Assembly (NCBI GenBank): GCA_049322915.1
Contig: JBMOPW010000007.1
Span: forward strand, 1 to 64,000
Length of the DNA stretch: 64,000 nt
From: Candidatus Zhuqueibacterota bacterium
GTDB taxonomy: Bacteria; Zhuqueibacterota; Zhuqueibacteria; Thermofontimicrobiales; Thermofontimicrobiaceae
Reading direction: 5' to 3'
How positions within the stretch are numbered: position 1 is the stretch's first letter; each line of letters starts with the position of its first letter. Shown here piece after piece: positions 51,691 through 61,191 of this stretch. The position numbers and the translations under genes were made by a program. The notes beneath the pieces are model-generated. The model searched no databases. It was not told where the DNA came from and saw nothing but the letters and a program-made list of their open reading frames with translations.

Positions 51691-54546
51691 ATGAAACGAA
51701 ATCAGTACATAATTTTATGTCTCTGGTTAGGATTGTCTCTTGTCACCTCCGGCTTTAGCCAGACCAAAGGCACAATCCGCGGACAGGTGCTGGATGCGGA
51801 GACCAAAACCGGCCTGCCCTCGGTGAATGTTCTGGTGCAGGGGACCTATTCCGGCGCGGCGACCGATATGGATGGAAATTTCACCATCCCCAATGTGAGT
51901 CCGGGCGATTTCACGCTGCAATTTTCCATGATTGGCTATACCATGGTGCAGAAGACCGGCGTGAAAGTGGTTGCCGGAGAAGTCACCCAGGTCGTCGTGG
52001 AACTGACTTCCACGGTGCTCGCCCTGGGCCAGGAAGTGATGGTCATCGGCGAAAAACCCCTGTTCAATATCGATGAAACATCCAGCCGGCGGACCCTGAC
52101 GAGTTCTGAAATTGAAAAGACCACGTTGAAAAGCGTCAAAGATATTGTCGCGGCGCAGGTAGGCGTCATCAAGACGGATGATGAAATCCATATTCGCGGC
52201 GGCCGAACCTACGAAAACGCCTTCCTGCTGGATGGTATTTCAGTGCAGGATCCCCTGTCCGGCACCGGCTTTGGCCTGCGTTTGAGTACCGACGCCATCG
52301 AAGAAGTGGAGATCATCACCGGCGGGTTCAACGCGGAATATGGCCAGGCCATGTCCGGCATCGTGGACGTCAAGACCAAAGAGGGCAGCGAGGTCTATCA
52401 CGCGTCCATCAGTTACAAGCGCGATAATATCGGCGTGTTCGACAAAGACACCCCGATCATCGGCAGTCTGAGCAAAGATAGCCCATACAGCTTCAACACC
52501 GATGTGGTGGAACTGAGCCTGTACGGGCCGGAACCCCTGACCCGGACGATTTTGCCGTCGCTGGGATTGAAGATTCCCGGCTCTCTGTATTTTTTTACCA
52601 ATGCCTACATGTACATCAGCGACGACTTCACCAAAGTCACAGCCGATCAACTGTATTCATCGACGTTTCACGGCGAAACGTTCGCTCCGCGTCAGATGAA
52701 CAACTGGTCCGGCATGGCGAAAATTACCTGGAGGATCGATCCGTCGCACAAACTCATCGCTTCATACAACCAGTCCGTGACCATCAACCAGAACACGCAG
52801 TCCCTGCAGACCAATCTGGAATACGTGCCGCCCGGCCCGGGATACCCCTATGAATATGAAAAAAATCTGGACAATTTCAATACGTTCACTCATTTGAACA
52901 ATCAGTTCAGTCTGCACTGGACGCAGACGGTCAGCAATAAAACCTTTTTCGAGATCAAGCTGTCGCGGTATTTCGCCAACCTGAGAAGCGACCTCAGAGG
53001 ACAGCACTGGACGACGTACCAGGAACCGAAGGACATCGTCACCCAGCCGATTCAATATTATTTTTCTCCGGACAGCACTGCCATCTATGTGATTCCCGGC
53101 GATGGTTTCTGGGACTATGGCAATTCCGATACCTGGCACGATCATTACGTGGAAGATTACACGCTGAAATTCGATATCTCCAGTCATCGCAGCGAGCGGC
53201 ACAAGATGAAGGCCGGCATTGAAATGAACTACCGCGAAATGCAATTGATCGATATTTACCGGCCCTGGTTCGGTGAATTGGGTTTGAACAACGATATTTA
53301 CAAAGTCCATCCGAATTTCGGCGCGGCCTATATTCAGGATAACATCACCTTCCGCGGTCTGATTGCCAACCTGGGTCTGCGTTTCGATTACTGGTTCCCC
53401 GGCGAATACGTGGATGATGCGGTGAAGGATCCTGAGGTGATCACCATCTCCGATGCCACGCGCCAGGCCTACACCGATGAAACGTACAGCCTGTTCGGCC
53501 ACCGCTGGAAGGGGCGACTGAGCCCCCGCATCGGCGTATCGCATCCCATCACCGACAACCAGATGCTGTTTTTTTCATACGGCCATTTTTCCAAAATGCC
53601 GCGCCCGCAGTTTGTCTACGCCAAGCTGGGCCGGTACAGCGCCAAGTCCACGTTTCAGAAATTTGGCAATCCCAACCTGAATCCTGAGACCACCGTCGCG
53701 TACGAACTTGGGCTGAAACACAAATTCACCGAGAACGACGTCTTCACCGTCACCACCTATTACCGCGATATTTTCGATTACGTCACCACGGTTTCGTTTC
53801 GCGGCTCAGGCCGACTGGCTGGCCGTTCGTTCATCACCTACATGAATCTCGATTACTCGCGGTCGCGCGGCGTTGAAATCGAATATAAAAAGCGCGCCGG
53901 ACGCTACTTCACCGGGTCGTTCAGTTTTTCATACTCCATTGCCACCGGCAAAAGTTCGAACCCGGACGATGCGCTGCTCGTTGCCCAGGGGAGTTTAGAA
54001 GAAAAACCCATCACTGAAAATTTCCTGATCTGGGATCGGCCGATTCAGGGCGCCGCCAGTTTCAATCTCTTCATGCCCAAGGAAAATACGCCGGCCTTCT
54101 ATGGCTGGAAAATTCCGGGCAATTGGAACTTCAATCTCCGTGTGACGCTTCAGTCCGGTAAACGATACACGCCCTATTATTTCACCGGCAGTTATCTGGA
54201 ATCGAGCACGGATTTGCGGCCGGAGTATCGCTCAGACGTGGATAACCCTTACAGCGAAATCGCGGATTACTGGATGTGGGCGGATTTGAATCTCGAGAAA
54301 TACTATAAAATCGCCAGGCTGAATGTGATATTTTCCATCGAGGTGTTGAATGTGTTCAATCGGAAAAATTCCAATATCATCAACCCGGTGACCGGGCAGG
54401 CTTACGAGTACGGTGACCCGACTCCCAATAGCTGGAACGATCCGCTCTACCCGGATGTCCAGGCGCCGCTGGACCCGTATCCGTACAACCCGGCGCGATA
54501 CTTGAATCCGAGGAATATCAAGCTCGGATTCAAATTGCGATTTTAG
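51691..54546 (+). CDS. TonB-dependent receptor (CarboxypepD_reg-like, plug, barrel)
   Basis: GAATDMDG.F, IHIRGGR, TGGFNAEYG, AYIQD, SPRIG, GNPNL.PE and C-terminal PRNIKLGFKLRF. Confidence 0.92.
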   Translation: MKRNQYIILCLWLGLSLVTSGFSQTKGTIRGQVLDAETKTGLPSVNVLVQGTYSGAATDMDGNFTIPNVSPGDFTLQFSMIGYTMVQKTGVKVVAGEVTQVVVELTSTVLALGQEVMVIGEKPLFNIDETSSRRTLTSSEIEKTTLKSVKDIVAAQVGVIKTDDEIHIRGGRTYENAFLLDGISVQDPLSGTGFGLRLSTDAIEEVEIITGGFNAEYGQAMSGIVDVKTKEGSEVYHASISYKRDNIGVFDKDTPIIGSLSKDSPYSFNTDVVELSLYGPEPLTRTILPSLGLKIPGSLYFFTNAYMYISDDFTKVTADQLYSSTFHGETFAPRQMNNWSGMAKITWRIDPSHKLIASYNQSVTINQNTQSLQTNLEYVPPGPGYPYEYEKNLDNFNTFTHLNNQFSLHWTQTVSNKTFFEIKLSRYFANLRSDLRGQHWTTYQEPKDIVTQPIQYYFSPDSTAIYVIPGDGFWDYGNSDTWHDHYVEDYTLKFDISSHRSERHKMKAGIEMNYREMQLIDIYRPWFGELGLNNDIYKVHPNFGAAYIQDNITFRGLIANLGLRFDYWFPGEYVDDAVKDPEVITISDATRQAYTDETYSLFGHRWKGRLSPRIGVSHPITDNQMLFFSYGHFSKMPRPQFVYAKLGRYSAKSTFQKFGNPNLNPETTVAYELGLKHKFTENDVFTVTTYYRDIFDYVTTVSFRGSGRLAGRSFITYMNLDYSRSRGVEIEYKKRAGRYFTGSFSFSYSIATGKSSNPDDALLVAQGSLEEKPITENFLIWDRPIQGAASFNLFMPKENTPAFYGWKIPGNWNFNLRVTLQSGKRYTPYYFTGSYLESSTDLRPEYRSDVDNPYSEIADYWMWADLNLEKYYKIARLNVIFSIEVLNVFNRKNSNIINPVTGQAYEYGDPTPNSWNDPLYPDVQAPLDPYPYNPARYLNPRNIKLGFKLRF

Positions 54547-54721
54547 CCTGCCGGGAAAGAGAACAAATCCGGCAGGGAGAAGCCGCGCCGACCAGTTTCG
54601 CGGCCGATCACGTTCGCCGGGCTGCCGGTAGCGCGATGCCAGTCGCTTTCTTCGGCGTCTGGAAAAGTAGTTGAAAATAACGTGTCAGTCAATGGTAAAA
54701 AAGACTAACAGAAAAACGATT

Positions 54722-55714
54722 ATGAAAAGCAAAATAATCTTCACTCTTGTGACTTGTGTTTTTTTAATTTCGCTGCCAAATTCGAGTCAGGCTCAACTCA
54801 TACCAAATCTTGGCGGTCAGAGGAGCGGCACAGCGGCGGTGCAATTTTTCAAAATCGGTGTGGGCGCGCGCGCAGTGGGCATGGGCGGAACCTTTGTCGC
54901 CGTGGCCAACGATGCCTCAGCGCTGTACTGGAATCCGGCCGGGATTGTCGAATTCCGCTCCAATCAATTGTTTTTCTCGCACATCAACTGGCTCGTGGAC
55001 ATCAAACACGATTTTGTCGGCTACGTGCATCATATCGATGGCACCAATTCCATCGGAGTCAGCGTCACCACGCTTTACACGGACGACATGATGGAGACCA
55101 CCGAGTATCAGCCATTCGGAACCGGCAATTACTTCAGCTTCGGCGATGTGGCGTTGGGAGTTACCTACGGCCGCAAGATGACCGATCGGTTCAGTTTCGG
55201 CCTGACCCTGAAATATTTTGAGGAGACTCTGGCCGAATTTAAAATGTCCGGCTTGTTGGTGGACATTGGTACCTTTTATTGGACAGGATTCGGATCGAGC
55301 CGATTCGCGGTGTGCGTCTCCAACTTTGGCAATCAGATGAAACCGGACGGCAGTTACACCAACCGCGATGGCCGGGAAATTGGCGAGTTTCAGGAATTCT
55401 CGCCGCCGACGATTTTCAAAGTGGGATTTGCAGCGGAGTTGTACCAGACCGAGCTGCACCGCGTTACGTCCTCGGTGCAGTTGAATCATCCCAACGACAA
55501 CGCAGAGAATGTGAATCTGGGAATGGAATACGGCTGGCGCGAGTTCTTTTTCCTGCGCGGCGGCTACAAAGTGAACGTGGATGAGGAGACATTCAGCCTC
55601 GGCGCCGGCTGCAAAGTGCCGCTGAAAATCCTCGACTGCCTCGTCGATTTTTCCTATTCCGATTTCGGCCGGTTGGGGACCGTGTCGCGGTTCTCGGTAG
55701 CGATGAGTTATTGA
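54722..55714 (+). CDS. PorV/PorQ-family outer-membrane beta-barrel
   Basis: F.KIGVGARAVGMG, DASALYWNPAG, N.G.EY...FLRGGY and C-terminal RFSVAMSY. Confidence 0.88.
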   Translation: MKSKIIFTLVTCVFLISLPNSSQAQLIPNLGGQRSGTAAVQFFKIGVGARAVGMGGTFVAVANDASALYWNPAGIVEFRSNQLFFSHINWLVDIKHDFVGYVHHIDGTNSIGVSVTTLYTDDMMETTEYQPFGTGNYFSFGDVALGVTYGRKMTDRFSFGLTLKYFEETLAEFKMSGLLVDIGTFYWTGFGSSRFAVCVSNFGNQMKPDGSYTNRDGREIGEFQEFSPPTIFKVGFAAELYQTELHRVTSSVQLNHPNDNAENVNLGMEYGWREFFFLRGGYKVNVDEETFSLGAGCKVPLKILDCLVDFSYSDFGRLGTVSRFSVAMSY

Positions 55715-55794
55715 AAATTTGCACATGAGAGTGATTAAAAATAACCACAATGGGCGAAAATTTTTTTTGACAGGCTCCGCCATTTCGCGCGATG

Positions 55795-55857
55795 GGGCTA
55801 AAGCCCGGAAGACGCGGCGGGATCGCGGAACCCCCGCCCTGAAGGGCAGGGCTGTTC
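55795..55857. repeat. REP-like element
   Basis: GGGCTAAAGCCC...CCCCGCCCTGAAGGGCAGGGCTGTTC. Same family as 22435-22497. Confidence 0.65.
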
Positions 55858-56034
55858 AAATGTAGAGAACTGACTATTTCACGATTGATTGGTTCCGCCA
55901 TCTCGCGCGGTGGCCGAGGGAATTCAATCCGCGACCCGATTGTCGGGTATTTCGGATAAATAAAAACGTCGTCTCATTGTGCTGAACCGGCGTCGGTTCG
56001 GTACCATGAACGCATTGGGTAAAAAGGAGATACG

Positions 56035-57225
56035 GTGAACCAGGCAATACTTCATAAAGGACGAGAGCGCTCGCTTCTGCGGCGGCATCCCTGGGTGTTC
56101 TCCGGCGCCATCAGGAAGATCGACGGAAGCCCGGCCGCAGGTGAGACCATCGATGTGCTGTCGGATGAAGGCCAATTTGCAGCGCGGGGGGCCTATTCGC
56201 CAGAGTCGCAGATTCGGATTCGCGTCTGGACATTCGATGCATCCGAGACGATTGACGACGCATTTTTTGCAGGGCGAATCTCACACGCTGTCCGTCTGCG
56301 CGAAGCGCTGCGCATTCCGGAAGCGACGAATGCGTACCGTCTTGTTTCGGCAGAGGCGGATGGTTTACCGGGGCTCATTGTCGATCGATACGGCGATTGG
56401 CTGGTGTGTCAGTTTTTCAGCGCCGGAGTTGAATTCTGGAAAAAATCTATTTTCGAAGCGTTGAAAGCCGCGACCGGGGCGAGTCATTGCTTCGAACGCT
56501 CCGACGCTGATATTCGGAAAAAAGAGGGACTGTCCCTGACGAGCGGAACAGTATGGGGAGACGATCCGCCACGATGGATTGAAATGAATGAGCACGATGT
56601 CAAATTCTTCGTCGATATCAAAACCGGGCACAAGACCGGATTTTACCTGGATCAACGCGTCAATCGCCAGCTTGTGCGTTCGCATAGCGCCGGGGCTGAG
56701 GTGCTCAATTGCTTTGCCTATACCGGCGGGTTTGGCTTGGCTGCCTTGAAAGGTGGAGCAAAGCGCGTCACCAATGTGGAAGATGTGGCCGGATTAGTGG
56801 AGCAGATAGACAGGAATGTGCAACTCAATCAGTTCGCGCGCGAATCCTGTGAAAACGTGAAGGCGAATGTGTTTCATCTCCTGCGTCATTACAAGGATGA
56901 ACGCAAATTGTACGACGTCATTATTCTGGATCCCCCCAAGTTTGCCGAGACGAAGGGGCATTTGTCCCAGGCGAGCCGCGGCTATAAAGACATAAATCGA
57001 TTGGCGTTCGGCTTGCTCAAACCCGGGGGCATGCTTTTCACATTCTCGTGCTCCGGTCTGGTGAAAATGGACCTGTTCCAAAAAATAGTCGCTGACGCAG
57101 CCATCGACGCCGGCAGGGACGCACAGATTGTCAATTGGCTGGGACAAAGTCCGGATCATCCGGTCACGTTGCACATTCCTGAGACGAGCTATCTCAAGGG
57201 ATTGTGTCTGCGGGTGAATCATTAA
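56035..57225 (+). CDS. rlmI: 23S rRNA m5C methyltransferase, RlmI family
   Basis: PUA-like RRHPWVFSGA, EADGLPGLIVD, GHKTGFYLDQR, LNCFAYTGGF, ILDPPKF, TFSCS and DHP...PE..YLKG. Confidence 0.88.
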   Translation: MNQAILHKGRERSLLRRHPWVFSGAIRKIDGSPAAGETIDVLSDEGQFAARGAYSPESQIRIRVWTFDASETIDDAFFAGRISHAVRLREALRIPEATNAYRLVSAEADGLPGLIVDRYGDWLVCQFFSAGVEFWKKSIFEALKAATGASHCFERSDADIRKKEGLSLTSGTVWGDDPPRWIEMNEHDVKFFVDIKTGHKTGFYLDQRVNRQLVRSHSAGAEVLNCFAYTGGFGLAALKGGAKRVTNVEDVAGLVEQIDRNVQLNQFARESCENVKANVFHLLRHYKDERKLYDVIILDPPKFAETKGHLSQASRGYKDINRLAFGLLKPGGMLFTFSCSGLVKMDLFQKIVADAAIDAGRDAQIVNWLGQSPDHPVTLHIPETSYLKGLCLRVNH

Positions 57226-57344
57226 ATTGTCTGTGTTGCAGAAGGAATTGAGCGCGATTTCTTCCAACGATAAAAACATGCGTCACGATCAATTCAGGAA
57301 GTGTTAATATGAATCAACCAGGAACCATGCGAGGATTAAACGTA

Positions 57345-58433
57345 ATGACGAACTCGAAAGTGTTCATTGCTGCCGCGACCATCATTGTGTCAGTTGCCTT
57401 TTTGCTTCCCTCTTGCGGCGACAAGTATCCGCTGCCGGCCACGCCGAAAGACCAGAGCACGACCATCGGTGTGGGCGATACGACCTATATTCAGCAATAT
57501 CCTGACTGGGATGCGAGCAACGGCTTCAATCTGAGTTCTCCCACTGATATTCTTGTTGGCAACGAGCCGTATCTGTACATTGCTGATTCGGCAAATGACC
57601 GAATTTTGATGCTGGATTTGAATGGGAACAGGGTCGGCAGTTCGCAGCCAATTCCTGAGCCGACGTGCGTTTCTCAGGACGGCCGATTGAATCTTGTTGT
57701 TGTGAGCAATACCAATAAAATCTATAAAATTGACTTATATTCAGTCCAGCACAACATTGCCGCTGCAGAGGTGAAACTGGTCTATGAAGACGTCGATCAC
57801 CCCAATCGGCAGTTTACGTCGGTTGCCGCCTGGCACGGAACCCAGAGCGGTTCTGTCGAATTGGAGCAGTGGTATTACGTCACGGTGAATGGGCCGGATA
57901 AACGGGATAATGCCATTTTTTACTTCTCTCCAAAGACGGACGATGAGGATGAGTTGATTGGCCCCATCAACATGGAGCCCAATGGCACCGGCATGTTTTC
58001 GACAGCCACTCCCTGCGGCATTACCATCACCAAAAGTTTCAACGGCGCGACCGGCTATTTCGATTTTATCTTCTCGCAGAAAGGTGATAATTTTTATAAA
58101 GTCCAGTGGATCACGTCCAATGTGTACGGCTTCGCCATTAAATTGAATCCGGCCACCAGTCCCACCGACATTTTTGCCCAGGGAAAATTTTCCGCTCCGG
58201 AGGATGTCACCATCGATGAACAGGGCAACATTTTTGTCGTGGATGCGCACCAGCATCGGTTGTTCAAGTTCAATTCGTCCGGGGTTGAAATGCACTCGTT
58301 CGGCGAATTTGGCGACGGCGAAAAACAATTCCACCGTCCCATGGGCGTGGCCTATTTCGATAAGACAGTGTACGTGGCAGATACCGGCAACAATCGAATC
58401 CTCCGATTCAAGCTGTCCACCGATATTCAATAG
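57345..58433 (+). CDS. NHL-repeat beta-propeller lipoprotein
   Basis: LLPSC lipobox. NHL repeats LYIADSAN.RI, IFVVD..HRL and VYVADTGNNRI. Confidence 0.85.
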   Translation: MTNSKVFIAAATIIVSVAFLLPSCGDKYPLPATPKDQSTTIGVGDTTYIQQYPDWDASNGFNLSSPTDILVGNEPYLYIADSANDRILMLDLNGNRVGSSQPIPEPTCVSQDGRLNLVVVSNTNKIYKIDLYSVQHNIAAAEVKLVYEDVDHPNRQFTSVAAWHGTQSGSVELEQWYYVTVNGPDKRDNAIFYFSPKTDDEDELIGPINMEPNGTGMFSTATPCGITITKSFNGATGYFDFIFSQKGDNFYKVQWITSNVYGFAIKLNPATSPTDIFAQGKFSAPEDVTIDEQGNIFVVDAHQHRLFKFNSSGVEMHSFGEFGDGEKQFHRPMGVAYFDKTVYVADTGNNRILRFKLSTDIQ

Positions 58434-58712
58434 CGCCTCACTCTCTCGCCGGGAGCGCGACGCTTTTTTCATACAGCCCGCAGCCGCATTTTACCCGAAT
58501 CCCCTTCACCTCGTTGAGAAATTCGGTGCAACAGGGGAACGCTTCCAAAAGTCAGTGCGATAGGGGGCCGCGGCGCGCGAAATTCCCGCAGAGAAACAAT
58601 GCCTGCCTTTTTTCATTTTCCCTTCAACCATCACAGCACGCGATGCTCCCCGTGAGCAGCGCTGCGTTTTATCATTTTGAACTGATATTGATGAACAGGA
58701 GACAAAATTTAT

Positions 58713-61115
58713 ATGGCGATCGATTTATTGAAACTGCTGGATTATGAACCGCCCATGGGAGATCTGGGCGTCAAACCATCGTTATCGTTCTGCCGGGGAA
58801 TATGGACTCGACCAATTGCCGGTGAGGATGATGCGCCGGCGCTTCGGATCATTCATGCGCGAATTTTACAGATGCACGCGCCGGCTCGCTTGAGCCGTCT
58901 GGGACTGATGCGCGCGCCCGGCTACCACAAATGCGGCAGCCGCCAGGATCCGGACTGGGTGGTTTCGTTTCGTGTGCTGATTTGGAAAGACGATCAGTGG
59001 CAGGTGCTGCGGCATGAACAGGATGTGGACTGCTGCGCCGAGAACTCGATGCTATGGTTCGATCTGGGCGATGCCATCACCTCCGCGGTCATCGTGGAAA
59101 TTCGCAAAGCTGGCGTGGATGAATGGTGGACGTCGTGGAATCTGGCCGCCGGTGGAATGATCATCGAGGGGGAGCCGTTGGGAAAGATTGAGCCGCGGGA
59201 CGAAAAAACGCTGGCCAGCCAGCATGTCTCGCTGGCCGGCTTGCCGCAGGGCGTTTCAGCGCAGCGCCTGGCCGGACAGGTGCGATATCGCACCCGATTT
59301 TTCGACGTGGGATTTTTTTTGAATCGCGCCGGTTTTTCTTTTCTCAGCATCGACGGTGAAGGTCAGGGGAAATTTTCTCAGAACCTTTTGAAAATTCAGC
59401 CTGGCGTTTTTTATCAGGGAATTCAACTGCACCCGGTTGGCGGCAGGCCGATAGCGGCGCCAACGCTGCGGTACAATGTGGAAGGCCACACTTCGGTGAT
59501 CGGCAACCATATCGCCTATGACGTGACGCTGAATGAAGTCGGCCTGAATTACCGGCTGGCCTGGGAAATTCACGACGATCGCCTCGTGCTCCGGGCAGAG
59601 CGGACGGCTGAAACTGCTCTCCGCGCGTGGACCAGCAGCGCGTGGACAATGGGCATTCAACCCACTGTGTCGCCGGTGAATGTGTTGGGCGCTATCACCC
59701 GATCCGGCGAGACCGGCAATTTGTCGCTGCCGGTCATCGTGCATGCCCCCACTGCCGGCAGCCTGAAAATCCAGGCTTTGAATCCCGGAACGCTGTGGCG
59801 TTTTGATGCGTTTCGGCCCATCGATTTGATCATCAATGAACTGAAGCTGGGCGAGGCGCCGCAGCCAGAGGGCGATTATTTGATTCCCGCGGGTCAGTTT
59901 CAGACAGAACTGGAAATAAGCATCACCGAACCGGCTCTTTCGTTGCGGCGTTCAGCCCCGGAAGAATTGAAAAGGGCGATCCGAAAGACCGCGTTTACAG
60001 CGCTCACCTATCGACCGGATACGGCCACGTTGAGCAATAACAGCGCATCCATTCACTGCCCGATCAGCATGGATAACTGGTCGGCGATTACGACGCGGAT
60101 GGGGGAGCTCCTCCCCGGACTGAAGGCGGTCGATCTGCTGCGAGCGTCCCTGGAGCGCTGGCTGGATGGCGGACCTGGCTATTCCAGCGGAAAGCTGTTG
60201 CACGAGGGCGAATCCCATGACGCAGAGGACGAATATCTGATGACCGGCGCGGCGTGTCTGCTTGGACTGGCAGAATATCTCAGCCGGGCAGCTTCGCCGG
60301 AATGGGTGACGCGCTACCTTCATCCCATTCAGCGACAGGTGAAGAAAATGCGCGCCCGCGATCTGGACGATGATGGCCTCATCGAGAGCGACTACCGGAC
60401 GGGCATAAGCGGCAGCGGCCAATGGAGCACCTGTTGGTGGGACGTCATTTCCTTTGGCTGGAAAGACGCCTTTGCCAACGCCTTGCTCTACGCCGCGCTG
60501 AATACGCTTGCGCAATCGCTGCCGAAATTGGGAGTGACTGACGTGGGTGTGGATTTGAACGCATGGGCGGAAAAATTGCACGGCCGGTATTTTCCCACGT
60601 TCTTCAATCCTGAGACTGGCTGGCTGGCTGGCTGGCGCTGCAAAAAGAATCAGTTGCACGATCATGCGTTCCTGTTCGTGAACGGCGTCGCCATCAGCAA
60701 TGGGCTGGTGGAGCCTGAGCCGGCGCGGACCATCATGGAAAAACTCTGGCAGGAGACAAAGCGGGTGAATATGCCGGACCCGATCTACGGTCTGCCCGGC
60801 AATTTATGGCACATCCCGGACGCAGATCTCGCGGACATCATGCAGGGTTATCCCCTGGGCTATTATCAGAATGGCGGTCGGACGCATTCTCAGGCGCGGC
60901 ATTTTGTCAATGCGCTTTACGCTGTGGGCATGACGGAAGAAGCTGATTTTGTGCTGCGACGTCTGGCACTGGGACTGGCTGAAGGGCTTGTCTTTGGCGG
61001 CTGCAAATCCGGCGTGGATTGGCGGTTCTGGGACGATCGTCCCAGCGGCTACGAAGGATTGCTGACCGATCAGTTCGGCGTGCTGGCGGTTATCCTGGAA
61101 CGGTACCGGGAGTGA
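58713..61115 (+). CDS. Large cytoplasmic protein with a probable six-hairpin (alpha/alpha)6 glycosidase domain
   Basis: DLDDDGLIE, WWD, NALLY.AL, F.PTFFN and YQNGG motifs. No signal peptide. Confidence 0.65.
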   Translation: MAIDLLKLLDYEPPMGDLGVKPSLSFCRGIWTRPIAGEDDAPALRIIHARILQMHAPARLSRLGLMRAPGYHKCGSRQDPDWVVSFRVLIWKDDQWQVLRHEQDVDCCAENSMLWFDLGDAITSAVIVEIRKAGVDEWWTSWNLAAGGMIIEGEPLGKIEPRDEKTLASQHVSLAGLPQGVSAQRLAGQVRYRTRFFDVGFFLNRAGFSFLSIDGEGQGKFSQNLLKIQPGVFYQGIQLHPVGGRPIAAPTLRYNVEGHTSVIGNHIAYDVTLNEVGLNYRLAWEIHDDRLVLRAERTAETALRAWTSSAWTMGIQPTVSPVNVLGAITRSGETGNLSLPVIVHAPTAGSLKIQALNPGTLWRFDAFRPIDLIINELKLGEAPQPEGDYLIPAGQFQTELEISITEPALSLRRSAPEELKRAIRKTAFTALTYRPDTATLSNNSASIHCPISMDNWSAITTRMGELLPGLKAVDLLRASLERWLDGGPGYSSGKLLHEGESHDAEDEYLMTGAACLLGLAEYLSRAASPEWVTRYLHPIQRQVKKMRARDLDDDGLIESDYRTGISGSGQWSTCWWDVISFGWKDAFANALLYAALNTLAQSLPKLGVTDVGVDLNAWAEKLHGRYFPTFFNPETGWLAGWRCKKNQLHDHAFLFVNGVAISNGLVEPEPARTIMEKLWQETKRVNMPDPIYGLPGNLWHIPDADLADIMQGYPLGYYQNGGRTHSQARHFVNALYAVGMTEEADFVLRRLALGLAEGLVFGGCKSGVDWRFWDDRPSGYEGLLTDQFGVLAVILERYRE

Positions 61116-61191
61116 TTCAAAAAATAGACGCGGACCCTACATTCCATCTCTCCATTGAGGGCCCGCGTTTTACCATAGTATCAATGCTGCG

